Notes under the pieces: model-generated
What the model saw: only the letters and a program-made list of their open reading frames with translations
Database searches by the model: none
What the model was told of the DNA's origin: nothing
In this document: in pieces, positions 49,633-64,000 of the stretch
Layout: each line of letters starts with the position of its first letter
Numbering within the stretch: position 1 is the stretch's first letter
Position numbers and translations under genes: made by a program
Origin: Azolla caroliniana
Lineage: Eukaryota > Plantae > Polypodiophyta
Length of the DNA stretch: 64,000 nt
NCBI GenBank assembly: GCA_043228905.1
Contig: JBHGNT010000016.1
Span: forward strand, 1,054,001-1,118,000
Direction: 5' to 3'

Positions 49633-52600
49633 CTCCTTATGTCCATCTTATCATCGATGGCCAGCCACTCGGAATCTTCATTGCTTGTATATCGTGTGCA
49701 ACACATCGCTTGCTCACTTGCTCCTTGACATCTTCTTCGTCTCCATCCATTCTTTCGAACCATCCAATTGTCGGCATTGTTCTTTTCAACCGATCGGAAT
49801 ACTACCCGAAAGGGCAAAGGATATTCTTAGATATGATTCTCTTAGATCATGTGGAATCGATGAGAATCATATACATTCTTTCCAACTTAGATGAAGGGCA
49901 TAGAATTTTGTGAATGTCAACTCTTCACGTATCTAGCTACTGACATATGCCCTATATGTGTGAACCTTGGTTGACACTATTACTCAATCATTGGGACTTT
50001 TCCCAAGTCTACTTATTGGGAAATTTCTGATGTTCTTGGAACTACTTACTAATTGTGCTCCTTTTGAGAGCTATATCTTCGTAGTAGACAACATGTTGTG
50101 TGATGATCATTAGCTATTAACTTGGTCTTTGAATAGTGCACCCACAAACCCCCACAAATACTCTCTTTTTGGTTGGACACCCACCCAATATGAGATTATA
50201 TGCTTGTTACATAGCTTATGAGAAGCATCCAATCCAAATGCCTATTATACCACACCATATGAAAGTGTCCTCCAAGGGTTACTACATTGCAAATCTAGAT
50301 ATTTACTTCAATTTGTCTATCTAGAACACACATAGGCAAGAGAGTCATTTCTTTATCCAAGACAAAGATTTAATACCTTAGAGAACACGTCAACATGGTC
50401 AAAAGGAGAAAGGCTCCAATTTTGCGAATTACGACAAAGTTAAATTATCGATATAGGGTTGTGTGTACATATTATTATGTTTGAATACTAAATTCATTGA
50501 AGTGGTAAATTCTTAATGAGAAGCCTACGTAGTTTTTTTACATCAAAGTTGTTCCTTGATTGAAGATATGATAATTGTATTAGTAAGTTATTGAAATGCA
50601 AGAGAAATTAGGAAAATCATCATCCCAATTTTATCACCTTCACAGAAAGCACATGATCATAATAGGCCCAGTTTTGATAACCCATATAATGAGATCCTAT
50701 TGTAAATTCTTGTAAATGAAAATTAGTTCATATGGACCTCGTATTCTACTGCTTAGAATACTTCCAATGATTTTCCAAATCATGATATCATTTTTTTACA
50801 TACTTAACTAATGGCACGGGCATGATCAATTAAATACTCCACACCTATAAGTGTGTATGCATGTATAATGATGACAAAGAAATTCTTGGTATTTAGTCTC
50901 ACACAATGGATGTTGAGAGTTAAAGATATTGTAACACCATGCTCATGGATCAATGTAAGTTTGAGGCATGCAATACATTTCATGAATCATAAGCATCCTC
51001 CAATAACAACATAATCAACTTAATGGTCATTAACACTAATAACATCATTTTCTTCCATTGTAATTGTTAATATTAACATTTAAAGCTTCTCAAGGAGACA
51101 TGAATTTGCTAACCATGGTGCACAATGGAATTTCTAGGTCATTTCAAAATGTAAATTCATTTGATTGTCGATAGACTAACTCACCTACTTTAGTTCAAGG
51201 GTCAAGAATAGACTCAACAAAATAATGTCACTCCCCCTAATCATTCTAAGGGTTTTGCTTATGCTCATATTTACGAACAAAATGCAAATAAAAAAATCAT
51301 AATATTAGTGATCTATTCATGTTGGCATAATTTTCGTGTGGATGTGTGAATGCATCTATAATGTGGGGATATTGTAATAGGTGTGGGGTGGTTTCTCTAC
51401 AAAGGTTCAGAATTAGGTACAACTTTTGTATGTCAAGATCTAACAGAACCTCACAAGCATCCTTATTCGGAGATGCATAGGAATAAATGCTAAACTCCAC
51501 TATGACTATCAAAATCACGCTACTAATTGACAAACTAAACATCATTAACCAAGTAATTATGATGAGGAAGCAATAGTGAAGACATTTGAAGACTTCTATT
51601 TAATTAGAATGAGATGGTCATAGCTTGGTGTGGTGGTGCACTTGAGATTGAGAGTTGTAACATTGCGTCTACAAACTCTCACAAAGAGATGGAAAGAAGC
51701 TTGGGAAGAAACAAAATCAAGGGGGCCTTGTAGGCCTTGTAGGTTCATGCCCATACCATAACTCATGACATGGTGAACCCACATTCAAGCATGAGAATTG
51801 TTAACCAAAATCTTGAAATGAATATGTCAATCGCCAATCCCCATGAATCCTCGGTTTATGTCCATCCAAGCCATGTGTGTTATACTATGTCAAATGTTGA
51901 ATAGTTTCTAGAGGCCAAAAGCCTTTATTTTAATGAAGTCATCTAACGGTAAGCAATATCTCGGGGTCATAGATGGAATAACTTGAATGCGGGATTATTA
52001 GCCTAGTAGACTCATTTGAATTGGTCTCTCCCAATGGTCTTAGTGGTTTATCAATCTAATCATCTCTCTCTCTAGTCCTTGGCTTGATGGCTTACATCAT
52101 AGCATCAAAGTCAAAAAATTGTAAGAACTCACATCACCATGAACTAGGCCTTGCCCTAGAGCTTGCAATGAATCCCCTATGCACATAAAAAATGGGGCCT
52201 AATAGATATGGCACAATGTCATTCACCAAATGAGAATTGGGCAAATCTCCACTACAAATTGGCCCATTTCCTTGGAATGTGGACATATTATTAGTGTATC
52301 AATCCATGACAAGTGTGAGATGTACAATGTGTTATCATCATTAAGGTGAGAACTATATCATCATGTACATTAATTTAGAAGCAAGAAAAAACTCTAAAAA
52401 AGTTGCAAGGTTTTCTTTTTATTTCCCAAAACATAGTAGGTTTGCATTGTTTCCCAAAACAGTCCTGTTGCTCTCCCTTGACTTGTATATGTTAATCATG
52501 GGTATTTGAGCATATATTCAAAAACTTACCAAAATTTGGCAAATTAATGGAAAGTTGCATGGGTAGTTGAAGATTCATCGAGTTTCTTTTCATTACAATT

Positions 52601-53198
52601 CATTGTATGTGTGCAAGACAAACCTTAGGAACACAAGCTCATGTATGTGATCTATGAGAAACCAAATGTTTATAAAACAAAGGGTATAGCCCCACCTTCC
52701 TATTGCACCATTGATTTTCAACAATGAAATGTGTGCATGTATTGAGTGTGACATCCATGTCACATCAGGTCATATACATAATTGAATCCATGATTACGCA
52801 ACGAGCAACCACTCGACATCATATTCACAACAAAGCGACAAGTAACACATACATAATTGAATCCATGAGGCTTGAAACTAACATACATATTTGTAAAATC
52901 CATGTGTATTTAAGGGGAAGGGGGGGGGGTCCTTGTAAGACTTTTGAAGGTAGACATATTGATGGGCAACAAGATTGGCACGCTGAAACCTTTTCTTACA
53001 GCTTCGACAACCAATAAATCATCCTCGAAAGCAAAGTGCCAATAATGTATCTTAAACAATGCTTCAGCCAGTCTTTCTTTGCATGGAAAATACCCATTGA
53101 CACATTATACCAGATGAGTTACAATGGGCCACACATGAAAGCAACTTATAGCAACTACCATATCTTCTATATGCAAGGTTTTCACTATTATATTTATG

Positions 53199-55761
53199 TT
53201 ACGCTAGTTGGTCTCCTGAGCTTCTGAGTTGTAAGGGTGATGCACATGAATCGACAACTTGTGGCCTCACAAATGTCCTCCTCCACCATATCTCAAATGC
53301 TCGTTGCAAATTCGGGCAATCATCACCATTCTTCAGGAATCTGTCGAACCAAGCAATCATAATACTTTGTTGTTGCTTCAGTGGTAGTGTCAAAATTGTT
53401 TGGCTAATACCTTCCTCCACAACTTTCCGATCAAGGCCTTTACATGCTCTTTGCATCCATCCGAAATCATCAATAAGAGGTTGTAACCAATTATGCAACA
53501 GTGTGAACCTAGTTTCCTTAGGAGCCAAAACTTGTCCTTGTCCTAGAGCTACACATAATCTTGCAGTTAGCCTACTCACTTCATATTTACCTAAAGCAAT
53601 GGGAATCTTTCCATGAAGCAACACAAGCTCATCTTGATAAGCCCATATCCTCAGAAAGTCATCAGCAATATGTCTGTCGATCAAGATATCAACCAACCAG
53701 TTTAAGTTATCAGCTTGCCGCACAATTTGTGTTGTCAAAACACTCTTGTCTTGAACATTGGTATCAGAGCTTGTCGTTGCTTGTGTGTAAAAATGGAAGA
53801 GCGAGTCAAGGCATCTATGGCAAGCTTGATAGAGACTCTCTTTGCTTAGATCGATTTGATGCTTCCCTTGGGCAGCATTCTCTCGGAGCATTCTTGACAC
53901 TAATCTCTTCATCTCTCGTCTCGCTTTGTCATCTGTGCCTTTGGTTACAAGATGCAAAAGGCGAACCAATACATCCTTGGAACCACTAAAATCATCACTC
54001 GAGAGCCTTTTGAGTACCTCACAAGCTCCTCCAGTGTTCTCAAGCTGGAGCTGGGATAGAAGTGAAGCCACTTTCTCCTCTTCATCTTCAGCCCAAGGTA
54101 CTGCTTCCAAGTACTCAAGGCAAGATAACACACCAGCCTCAAACGAAATAGATGCAGACACCTGCAAAGCATCATTATGGAATGTAGCGTTGACCATTGA
54201 CATAGGTAGGGGCTTAGAGTTTATAGTTTCAGGTATCTACAAAATAGATTTCCAGGGTATTGATTCTGAAAATATTTCAGCTTGAGCCATATTCATTTCC
54301 TATGCATAACAAAATATGTGCAACATGTTTAGGGTATAGGGTTTTTATTTGATACATTATGCATCTAAGGCCATGCTCATGTGCTATGCAGAAAATAATT
54401 TATTCGACGAGTTTTGAATTTGGAGCTTTAGAGTATGCACATTATTTATTTATTGAGCATAACAGAATGTGCATTATGAGTTGGCTTTTAGGTTATCAAT
54501 ACTGTGCAGTTTTAGCCATGTCCATTTCCTATGCGAAGGAAGCGGGAACAATGTGTGAAGATGTTGTGCCCTAGATGTGGTTACCGCCTATAATCCAAAT
54601 CATGTCACGGAACGCTTCTTTTACTAAGAAGAAAATCTAAGCAGTTTACTTTAAGAACGTCAAGCACCCTCTACCATACAAATATCCAAGATGCCACAGC
54701 CACTTCTTTCATTAAAGGAAGAGAAAACAAACAAAAAGAAAAACTAAGTAGAGTTATCTTACCTTGAGAATACAGAGAACCCTCGAGACGCTCTCTCTAA
54801 GAAGCTTCTTCCTCATATTTTTGCAATACATGAGCCGAAGAGTCTCAACATATGCCTCCACATCCTCACAATCGGAGATTTGCACGATATTATTTCCAGC
54901 CAAGGCTAGTTGGGCAGACAACACCGGACTATAGGAGGAAATAATGTGAGCATGAACATAAACAGAAACACTAACAATGTCTCTTTTAGTACTGCTGAAG
55001 ATGTCTTTGCTAGCATTACCATTACTATTGCTAAGGATAAGCTTGGCATCGCTCGATGAAGGGTCATTAAAGAGACTTCCGGGGCTGTTCGCACCCGGCG
55101 ACAGGATTTGTTCAAGCTTTGTATGCGACTGAGGGGAGCAAGATCCAATGGTGTCTTGTATCTCATGTTCATTTACCATCATCTCAAAGAGTGTAGGAGA
55201 GGCTCTGGTTTTCTCCATGTTGTTCGCAAGAGGCGGTAATGGTAATGGTGGTGGTGAAGACTGACAACTGGTATCTGGGATGGTGTTACCAGGCATAGAC
55301 AGGGTATTGTTACCAAGAACAGGAGTGATGGTGTTACAAGAAGCAGAAGGTGCTTCTATAAGGGGAGATACTCTCCCTGGAGATAACCTAATTCTGAAAG
55401 GAGACCCACTACTACTACTACTACTACCTCCTTTCTCCACTACCACTAAACTAGAATTGCTCTTCTTCATTGTAGCGTTATGATTTGATCCATTCTTCTT
55501 CGTCAAATCACGCTTAATGCTATTGTCTGCACTTTTTGAAGATCTCGTGAGCTTGTAGGCGATTCTAGAAGATGAGGAATGAGAAAAAGAAGAAATATTT
55601 GAGGAAGAAGGAGAAGAAGCCATAGAAGAAGAAGAAGGACGAGCCATACAACACCATAGCCCCTCTGAACTCACAGTTTCGACGGATTTAACAGACCTCG
55701 GCGTTCTCAGTGTATTGCTCGGAGATGGAGAAACCAATCCTTGGTCGTGATTTGTCGCCAT
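53199..55761 (-). CDS. Plant BTB/POZ domain protein (At1g63850/At5g60050-like); exons 55761-54763 and 54161-53199
   Basis: Ser-rich N-terminus, SPTLFEMM motif and BTB region (FNDPSSSDAKL...DCEDVEAYVETLRLMY). Exon 2 has CLEYLEAVPWAEDEEEKV and ILTLPLKQQQSIMIAWFDRFLKNGDDCPNLQRAFEIWWRR. The intron is phase-0 GT-AG. Confidence 0.92.
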
Positions 55762-58208
55762 GTGTATAGTGAGATCAGGGAGGAGGTCCTGCCTGTTACA
55801 AGAACAGAGGAATTTAGACACGGAGGGAAATTGAGAAGAAATGGTGTTTTGGATTAATCAGCGACTAACCTGGGTTGGGTGGAGCCCAAAATCAGCAGCA
55901 AACGGATTATTGATCCATAACGGGTGGGTGGGTTCTGCCTTATTAGAAGGATGGATGGATCCTGTCGACAGGATTTAGTTGTATTATGTGAATGGGCGAT
56001 TTACTCTGTTTCTGAAAAGGCTAGGAAGGGAAAGGTAAGGAGAAAGCAATGTATTATCTATGTATGGGAAAGAAGAGACAATGGAGTATTTTAGTAGTGA
56101 TTTTGTCCACTCAATATGGGCAGTCTAAAGAGTATATACATACATACATACATACTTACAAGTTACATACATACATATTGTGGCCATACAAAGTGAAGCC
56201 TTTTATTATTATGTTCACGTTTTGCATTCGGCTAAATTGAAGTCTTGATCGGATTGTCATGGGTCAGACACTGCCCGTCCACCCCGCATACCCATCCATG
56301 ACGCATGTGTCCCCCCTTGTGTTAGTTCCGCTCTGCCCATAGGTTTAAATCTTAATTAAGGGTTGAACATATCGGTCTCCGTTGGACTAGACTGCCTTCC
56401 CCATCAAGCAACATCATTTTGGTCTTCTCTCTCGCTCACTCACTCTTGAATTATACAAGCCTAGCTGAAGCCTCATCTCTTTTGGTAGAAGCACATAAAT
56501 CCATATATTTTTACTATATTTTCATTGGGAGCACAAATAATGCCTTTTTAGGATGTCACATTGGGACCAACAATGCTTTTTACCAAGCCCCATTGTTCAT
56601 TGTCCTTCCATGGATGTTATGTATCGCAATCATTATGTCTTCACTTAAACTTCTCTTCGTGTCTGTATGTTCACACTTTCTATCGCCAATAAGCGTAGCA
56701 AGTTGTTAGGGCCAGTGCTCTTTGAAATATTAGATTAGGTGCAAAACATTCAAATCTTGGTTCATTGCATATGTTGCTTTTTCTTCGTGGGGAAGGGAAT
56801 ATGAACAAGTGTTAAGTAAATGGTAATAGTGAACCAGCCTTTAACATTTCATGGGGCATGCTTTATTTAATTTAAGTTACATGAAGTATATTGAAGTTTA
56901 GTCAAACTCAAAAAAATCAACATAGATCATAACAGAATTAGTTATGCCAAAACAAAGAGTTTTAGCAATTCAATCCATGCTCTACGCTTTCATGAAGAGT
57001 AGACTCCATGGAACAAAGCAAATTTCTTTGATAGCAATTACGGAGATCAAATTTCAGGAAATAGTGTATCAAACAGTATGACACAATACATTATGTACTA
57101 AACAACTAGGTGAAAGCCTTGGCATTGTACATAATCGACAAGTTTAATTAGACATTCACGAAATTACTTACAGATTATGATGATATGTTTTATGAAACTC
57201 GCCTACAAATAAAATGCACTACTACATTTGTTCCTACAAACACCGCCTTGCAACATTGACATTGACATTGACTCTTTAACTCTTCCTCATTCGAATTTGG
57301 GATTGCTAAAAATGGGTTTACCACAAAGACATTCTTTTCCATGATGTAAGTAGTTAAAACAATAGCATTGCCCTCTTAAAAGGCGACACTGACAAAGAAA
57401 AAGATGTTGTAAAATCACTCTAATTCTAGAAAGGTTAATTGTAGAATGCCGAAAATTTGTTGTACATCATCGTAGTAATAAGTGACTATTAAGTGTCTTG
57501 GGACAATCATATAAGATTGCTCTAATTCATATTTATGAGAATGGATACTTGCTTCATGCATTGTAATATCTTTCCTAAAACAGCTATCTAGATAATTGGC
57601 ATATATATAACATTCTTTAGATTTTGAAACAGTCATTCAAGTGTTACATTCACTCACTCCTATGTGAAGTTTACGACACACAAGCTACACTTACTATGGG
57701 TAAATCCACCCACTCATCAATATTTCCTATTTCTTATTGGCGTCCTTTTCGAAGCAAGGTAAGATCTTATATGAATGGGCAAGGATGGGATGACTATCCT
57801 TGGGGTTTTATTTGATTTCCAAAGCAATGGCTGAAGAAACCGAGGATATACAAGACATACATTGTAAGTGCGGATACATATAATGTTGAGTAGGAATCCG
57901 AAATTCCTCTCTACTTCTTGATTTCAATAGTAGAACTTAGAAGGCATGGTTTTTAATGACAAAACGAGTTCTTTTTGCAACATCGAAAAGCGAAAAGATA
58001 GGAAACCCCTTCTATTTCATCGTGGTAAAGAAGAAGATCATTTGTCCTAGTAAAAATATAGAATAGAAGCAAATATAACATTTTTGTTGCCTTGCTTTTA
58101 CTTCCAATGTAGAAGGCACACTGGTTTTGTCATCGAGCATTTGCATACACACAATAGTACTAGGTATGTTACACAAGGGAAATGAATGAACTTATTTATT
58201 TTCTCTGC

Positions 58209-58262
<54 letters not shown>
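58209..58262. repeat. Compound (CT)n(AT)n microsatellite
   Basis: Read directly from the sequence. Confidence 0.95.
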
Positions 58263-58265
<3 letters not shown>

Positions 58266-61200
58266 CATGCAGTTATTGATGAGAAAAGGCTTGGTTCAAG
58301 CAAGGAAAATAAAGGAATTTGAATGCTAAATCGTATGCATTCATACTTTATACGAAGATGAGAATAGTAGATCCATCAATCTAAAGTCGCCATGATGGAT
58401 TTCTTTCGTAATTCACCTCTCGCTATCGAGCCATCGTACTATAGTTATGTATGAATTCAATTTCAATCGATTTCTTCATTCTCTTGACATGATACAAGTC
58501 ACAAATTTATATCTTTATTTCTCTTTGGCACAGTGACATCTTGTAGCATTGTTTATCTCAAATAATTCATGTGCTTTACTTCCGACGATGATGATGACAA
58601 CATTATCAAGCTTTCTTTAGTGTGAATTTTCTAAAATCAAACAACTCTTCTTTACATGCTAGAATTACACTTAGTTTTCAACATCAAGTAACAATACATT
58701 ACTCCCTCAAAGTTGAATGTGCATTATATGTTGAAGCCAATGCAAATTTCATGATGGTTTGGAATTTATAAAATCGATCTCCAAAATCTATTACATGTTT
58801 AAACTCTCGCTTTCTCTCATAAGCATATATGTGCAAACTTTCAAGTCTTGTCTCCGTCACTTTCCAAATATCTGCAAAATGATGAAATTATTTCTACAAG
58901 AAAATGTATTGGATGGCGATGTTTGCTCATTCTAGTTCAACTTTGTAACAAATGATTGGCTAGCGTAATAATGTGTTCATCCTTCCTAATATTGTTAGCC
59001 ATCACGGGCAAGAACATGTCCTTATTAATATAACTAAGGTTGGTGGAACATACATGAATTATGGGATAACCTCCACCAACCATCCTTACACACTCAAGCA
59101 TTGCCTTTATGTAACACGATAACATTACTTAAAAGGTCCAACTAAGTTTATGTTCGATGTGAACTTTAATTGTATACGATTTTATTTGCTAGTATCACAA
59201 TGATGTAATCTTTATGTGCATGAGGCTCTTGTTTATTAAATCTAAGTGATTAGGTTCACTTTAAAGGATGTTCTTGTTGATTTTAAGAAATATAGGTGCC
59301 CTTGTTTATAATTTCATTTGATCAAAATATCCAATGATATGCATTCAAAGTCGGATAGGTAGTTGTATCGAAACTATTCTTGAACCATGATGGATGTCTT
59401 CTTATAGTATCTAGAAAATGGAGAAGCTCAAACTCAATAGTTGATACGTAAATATTTGGCAGTACAAGATTGTCACTGACTATAGGGAACTGTGACTACC
59501 TTTTATTCCAGACACCAAAAGGAACATAATATTATTTTTGAAGAGAGTTCGTAATATTATAATGTTCTAAGTCAATCTAAAATCAATCATATTTCCAAAA
59601 CACACTTGCTTTCACATTGTAATCCATGGCACATACATTATAGAGTCACACACACAATATATATATATATATATATATATATCATAACTTATAAGTATGG
59701 GAACCATGTTGTACTTAGTGATGTTTCTCATAATGGGGGCGATACCCTCAAACTAGAGAGTGTGATGACAATTCACAAATATGTGGCAAAGTAAATGTCA
59801 TGGAGGTACCTTATTGATAGATGTTTGTGCAATAAAGATCCATGTCCAATTGCTCACGTTCTGATGTTCCTAATAAAATGTCACCTAACCTTCCAATATG
59901 TCCGTAGTGGAGTGACATCTACTTGGCTTCTCTTGTTTGCAATTAGGATCCAATTGCTCAATGCATTGGGGTTCTTTTTTTCCATAATTTAGAACCAAAC
60001 TTGGAGAGACATTTGAACATCCACACCCTTGCAAGTGCCTCCCTTCTTTTGGTTGTCGCTACGTATTTTGGTCTAGTAAAGCATTCTAGTCATCATCTCT
60101 CTATCATTCTTATGTTGACCTAAATACATTGAAGAAGGGGGGCACTTTACATGGAGATTCAGATAATCACCGGAGGATGTGCTCCCATCCAAGGTGGTGG
60201 TCCATATACTTCCAGAATATGATGATGGGCATGTCTTGCATTTGCATTCACTTTTCCTCTATTTCTTTAGTTCTTATGGATGTGTCCCTTTGCCAAGTCA
60301 CCAACTAGCCACATTTAGTTTATTATTGTGGTGGTTCGTGCTTATCATGGAGAGCAATTGCATGTGTCCTTCATTGCCACTGGGTAGAATTTTTTCCCAT
60401 GAGTCCACACTCCATTGCTTAGCAACCTCATTATGTTATTGATGTATATAACGCATTGTGGTGATTTGCTTTTGATCTTTGATTCAATTTGCTCCCACTC
60501 AGTTTCACTACCTTTGTGAGGATCACCATAATGTTCTACCTCTAGGTGAAATGTTCCTAGTAAGACACAACTGTTAATCAATACCCTAGTCTCGTGGTCG
60601 ACTCCACAATGACAAAAGATGAAACCTAGGCTATTTGTTGACACATTGGCCCCTCCATACTACAGTCAAATTCTTCTAACTACTTTGGTTGTCCCTACAA
60701 TGTATGTTGGTTGAAGGTATAAACTTATTGTCTATAATATACTAATTGACTTACTCCCTCTCCAATCGTTTGGGTAACAAGGAAGCATGATGTTAAATAC
60801 AACAGAATTTAGAGTGAAAGAGTTAGAAACAACTATATTTACTATTAGTGTGATTAGGAGAAGATGATCAATGATACTTCACACATGTGATACCATCTTT
60901 AGGAAGTCTAGTCAAGCCTTCATCAGATTGAGGTAAGAACTTCACAATGATAGCATGTAAGTTTGAGATACAACTAAGACTTGGAAGGAATGAAGGGGAG
61001 ATGTTTTTGCAAGAACCCAAGGATTAAACAAGGAGATATTGTGAAAGATGACATTATGTTGTGGATCATTGTATAGCACCAAGTCATGTGAGAGAGCCAG
61101 TGAAAGGTTACAACCATCCTCATCATATTGACCTTTAAGAGGTGTCGGTAGAACACATTCACATTCACATAAGGATTATATAATTATCTAATTAACAACA

Positions 61201-62436
61201 TATATGTTATTGACCACATTACAATTAGAAAAATTTGAACCTATTTTGAAACATAGGGGAACCTACATTGAAAGCAATTGAAAGCTCCATAATTGTTAAG
61301 GAAAGAGTTTTTTCTCTTGAATTCTCTAATATAGAAGTAAAAAATTGTGTTAAAATTCAACGACATAAAAATAGAATGACTTATTTAGACTTTCTGGCGA
61401 AGCTATATGTTAGAATCTCCCTACTTTAAAATCAACGAGAGATCATGTTATTTCTATATTCAAACATGGACTAAAAATCATGGGGAAATAGGTGGTTGTT
61501 CCAAAGCAAGCCAACAAGAAGAGCTCTAGCATGAGTTGAGGGTACACTCATTAAGAACATTGTAAGGTTAAAGGAAGTAGAAAGGTAAGGACACATACTT
61601 TCCAAATGAGAGTTCTACTGGTATGTCAACTTTTGGAGACGTCTCTAGTTAATAGTAGAAGCTTTATGAAACTTATGATGACATATTTCGTATGAAATCG
61701 AATGGTACTACTTTGGAGGTGTTGTGGGGATTGGAGAGCAATGATGCACTCTTCAGTGATTACCCTTGCTAGTAGGGACAAATCCCAAAGATCCCGCATC
61801 AAGTGCCTCCTCATAGAGACAAAACATTTCCCGTGTATCGAGAGTATGCGCTGATTGAGGTCACATAGCCTCTACATTCATCATAAAGATGATTACAAAA
61901 TTCAAATGAGAATATTTATAGCCCTCAAAATGAATAGTCCTTTTCAAGTAGGAAAAAAGAATATTCCTATTTGAAATCTATCTTTCCTCTATTAAATGCT
62001 CGTGGGTCACAATATTAGAAGCATATTATACATACATGGATTTTAGGTACATGAGGACCTTCTTGATGAGGCCATGCCTCATTATTATACTGATGATTTT
62101 ACTTATATACTTCTATTATGGTGTGCATATTCCTCAATGAATTGGCTTCGACATTTGGCAAACTCACAATAAATCTATATGTGGACCTATATTGGCAGTA
62201 TGGGCAATTTTAAATGGAGATTTAGAGAGAACCATGTCATCCTCGAATGTTTGAAATAGGATTTCAATTGTTGTGTTGGCTTCATGCAATTTGGCATGCT
62301 TCTTGAATTATACAATCTTTTTGAAGACAACAATGAACGGTTCTTGGACTCAAACAATGTGTGGGTATTAGAGATATGTGGAACATGGATTTAGTGAGAC
62401 AACACTCTCCCTCTTTGTGCAAATGCAAAGACTTGT

Positions 62437-62713
62437 GTCACACTTGTTTGCTGCCTGAAAGCATGTGGTAGCATTAGAGCTACATTAGCAGGCAATGAAA
62501 TTCACAAGGATATTGTACAAAAAGTTGTTGAAATATATTATTTCATTGGCAATACATTAGTAGATATGTAGGCAAAATGTGGGTCACTTGCTGAGGCATA
62601 GGTAGTATTTCACAGGCTTTCAGCCTAGGAACAAGTCTCTTGGAATGCATGATTGCAAGATATGCTGAGAATGGGAAATTTGAAGAAATGCTCAATCAAT
62701 TTCATCAAATGAA
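62437..62713 (+). pseudogene. Degraded PLS-class PPR gene fragment
   Basis: Translates VTLVCCLKACGSIRATLAGNEIHKDIVQK...FIGNTLVDM*AKCGSLAEA*VVFHRLSA*EQVSWNA-(frameshift)-IARYAENGKFEEMLNQFHQMK, i.e. L-S-P motifs with three stops. Confidence 0.85.
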
Positions 62714-63565
62714 GGATCCATGGCTAGCCATTGTCTTACACAAGATGGGCTTGAGAAGGATAGTCACTTCCTTTCCAACTATTTTGTATTTTGTCGTTGA
62801 TATGCCTTTTTAAAAACTAATGGAAGGATAGGTTGTTTAGAAAAAAAAAAAAATCTATATGTAGGAGTTCATATACTTTTTTGTCTAAACAAATTATGGG
62901 CTCTATAAAGATGATTATTCTTCACTCTATCTAACATGCTTTCGTAACTAAACACTTGCAAAAACATGGTCTCTCTTTATGTTTCAAAACAAATTATTCA
63001 TGGCAAGGGATCATAATCCTAAAGTCAACTACCCTAGATTCATGTCAACTTTTGGCGACGAATGTTTAGATCTAAATCTTATGTTGATGGAAAGTGATCA
63101 TTTATATTTGCGGATCAAGAACAAGTCCTAATTTTATTCCAACACTCACTCTCAAAATCTAATTATTGTTTACCATTCTCTTTCATATACCAATACAAGA
63201 AATAGATAATGATTAGCTCTAAAGTAGCCTTTATTCAATGGAAAATCTAAAGTGATGTATAAAACCCTTCAACTATCATTTAAATCCACGAAACCGATAG
63301 ATAGGTATATTCATAGACACACAAATTCGTCCAACTTAGTTGTACAAATAAGTACCATAAAAGATATCCGACAACAAATACTTATCAAGTCTACAAATAC
63401 TCATATCAAAAGCATTCTTGCATCTTAAAGATGAGAAAGAAATGCGTTGTACGATAAAAATAACCTTATCAAAGATGGCTTAAGAAATAGTAATCATGTT
63501 ATAGATATCACAATGAGTTATTCTTTAGCGATACCCCAAACATTGTAGCATCAAAAGTCATGATT

Positions 63566-63567
<2 letters not shown>

Positions 63568-63613
<46 letters not shown>
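63568..63613. repeat. (GA)n microsatellite
   Basis: Read directly from the sequence. Confidence 0.97.
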
Positions 63614-63615
<2 letters not shown>

Positions 63616-64000
63616 AAGTACATCGTAAATGGAACATTGGAAACGAAGTCCATGTGTGGATAATTATTAATTTTGGATTGTGAAATAATCGAAGATCACA
63701 TATAAAACTACTTCAGGTTCATTGTCTTGTAAAGTACATATATCAATTAGCGCTTGGTTCAACTCTAATGTAGAAACTTAAAAGGGAATTTACAAATGTA
63801 TTGAGGAGAAAATTTTCAATTGGAAACACCAAGGGATACATTGGAAGTGATGCATATAGCCCTTGAGGCTCTACATGTTATAGTAACAATGTTTTTGCTA
63901 ATATTTTGTTAGACTCACGATGTTTTCACATTACAATCACGAATCTTATAGGAAATCTTGATTATGATTGCTTCAATATCATATATTATTGAGGATTTTG

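Noticed and set aside
53754-53770. AACATTGGTATCAGAGC, a perfect-looking LTR end plus iMet PBS
   Set aside because: It is the antisense of the BTB coding exon (SSDTNV) with no LTR or retro ORF nearby, so coincidence is most likely.
59700-61900. Possible decayed retroelement remnants (weak RNase H-like and PBS-like traces)
   Set aside because: Too degenerate to define boundaries or family by eye.

Overview
Land-plant nuclear DNA, probably a fern or other non-seed vascular plant; this is inferred from the style of the PLS-PPR fragment and the Gag, not proven. Six intact-looking host genes are present: gamma-tubulin complex component GCP2 (-), a P-class PPR protein (+), an intronless class I TCP transcription factor (+), the plastid division J-like protein ARC6 (-), an ICT1/ArfB-type GGQ peptidyl-tRNA hydrolase (-) and a BTB/POZ protein (-). 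Just upstream of ARC6 lies a stack of transposons: a solo LTR carrying a truncated poly(A) retro-insertion, and a young Tto1-like Ty1/copia element (35550-44524, 5-bp TSD). Nested in the copia integrase is the most unusual feature, a 3.5-kb pol-less LTR element (38548-42062). It has apparently identical 642-bp LTRs, a tRNA-Trp PBS, an apparent 4-bp TSD and one 741-aa Gag-like ORF. Each of its LTRs contains an antisense tRNA-derived A-box/B-box module and two palindromic hairpins, reminiscent of Cassandra elements but with a tRNA instead of 5S. A triplicated splice acceptor in ARC6 and repeat expansions in and upstream of the TCP gene also merit follow-up. All calls were made by eye, without database searches.
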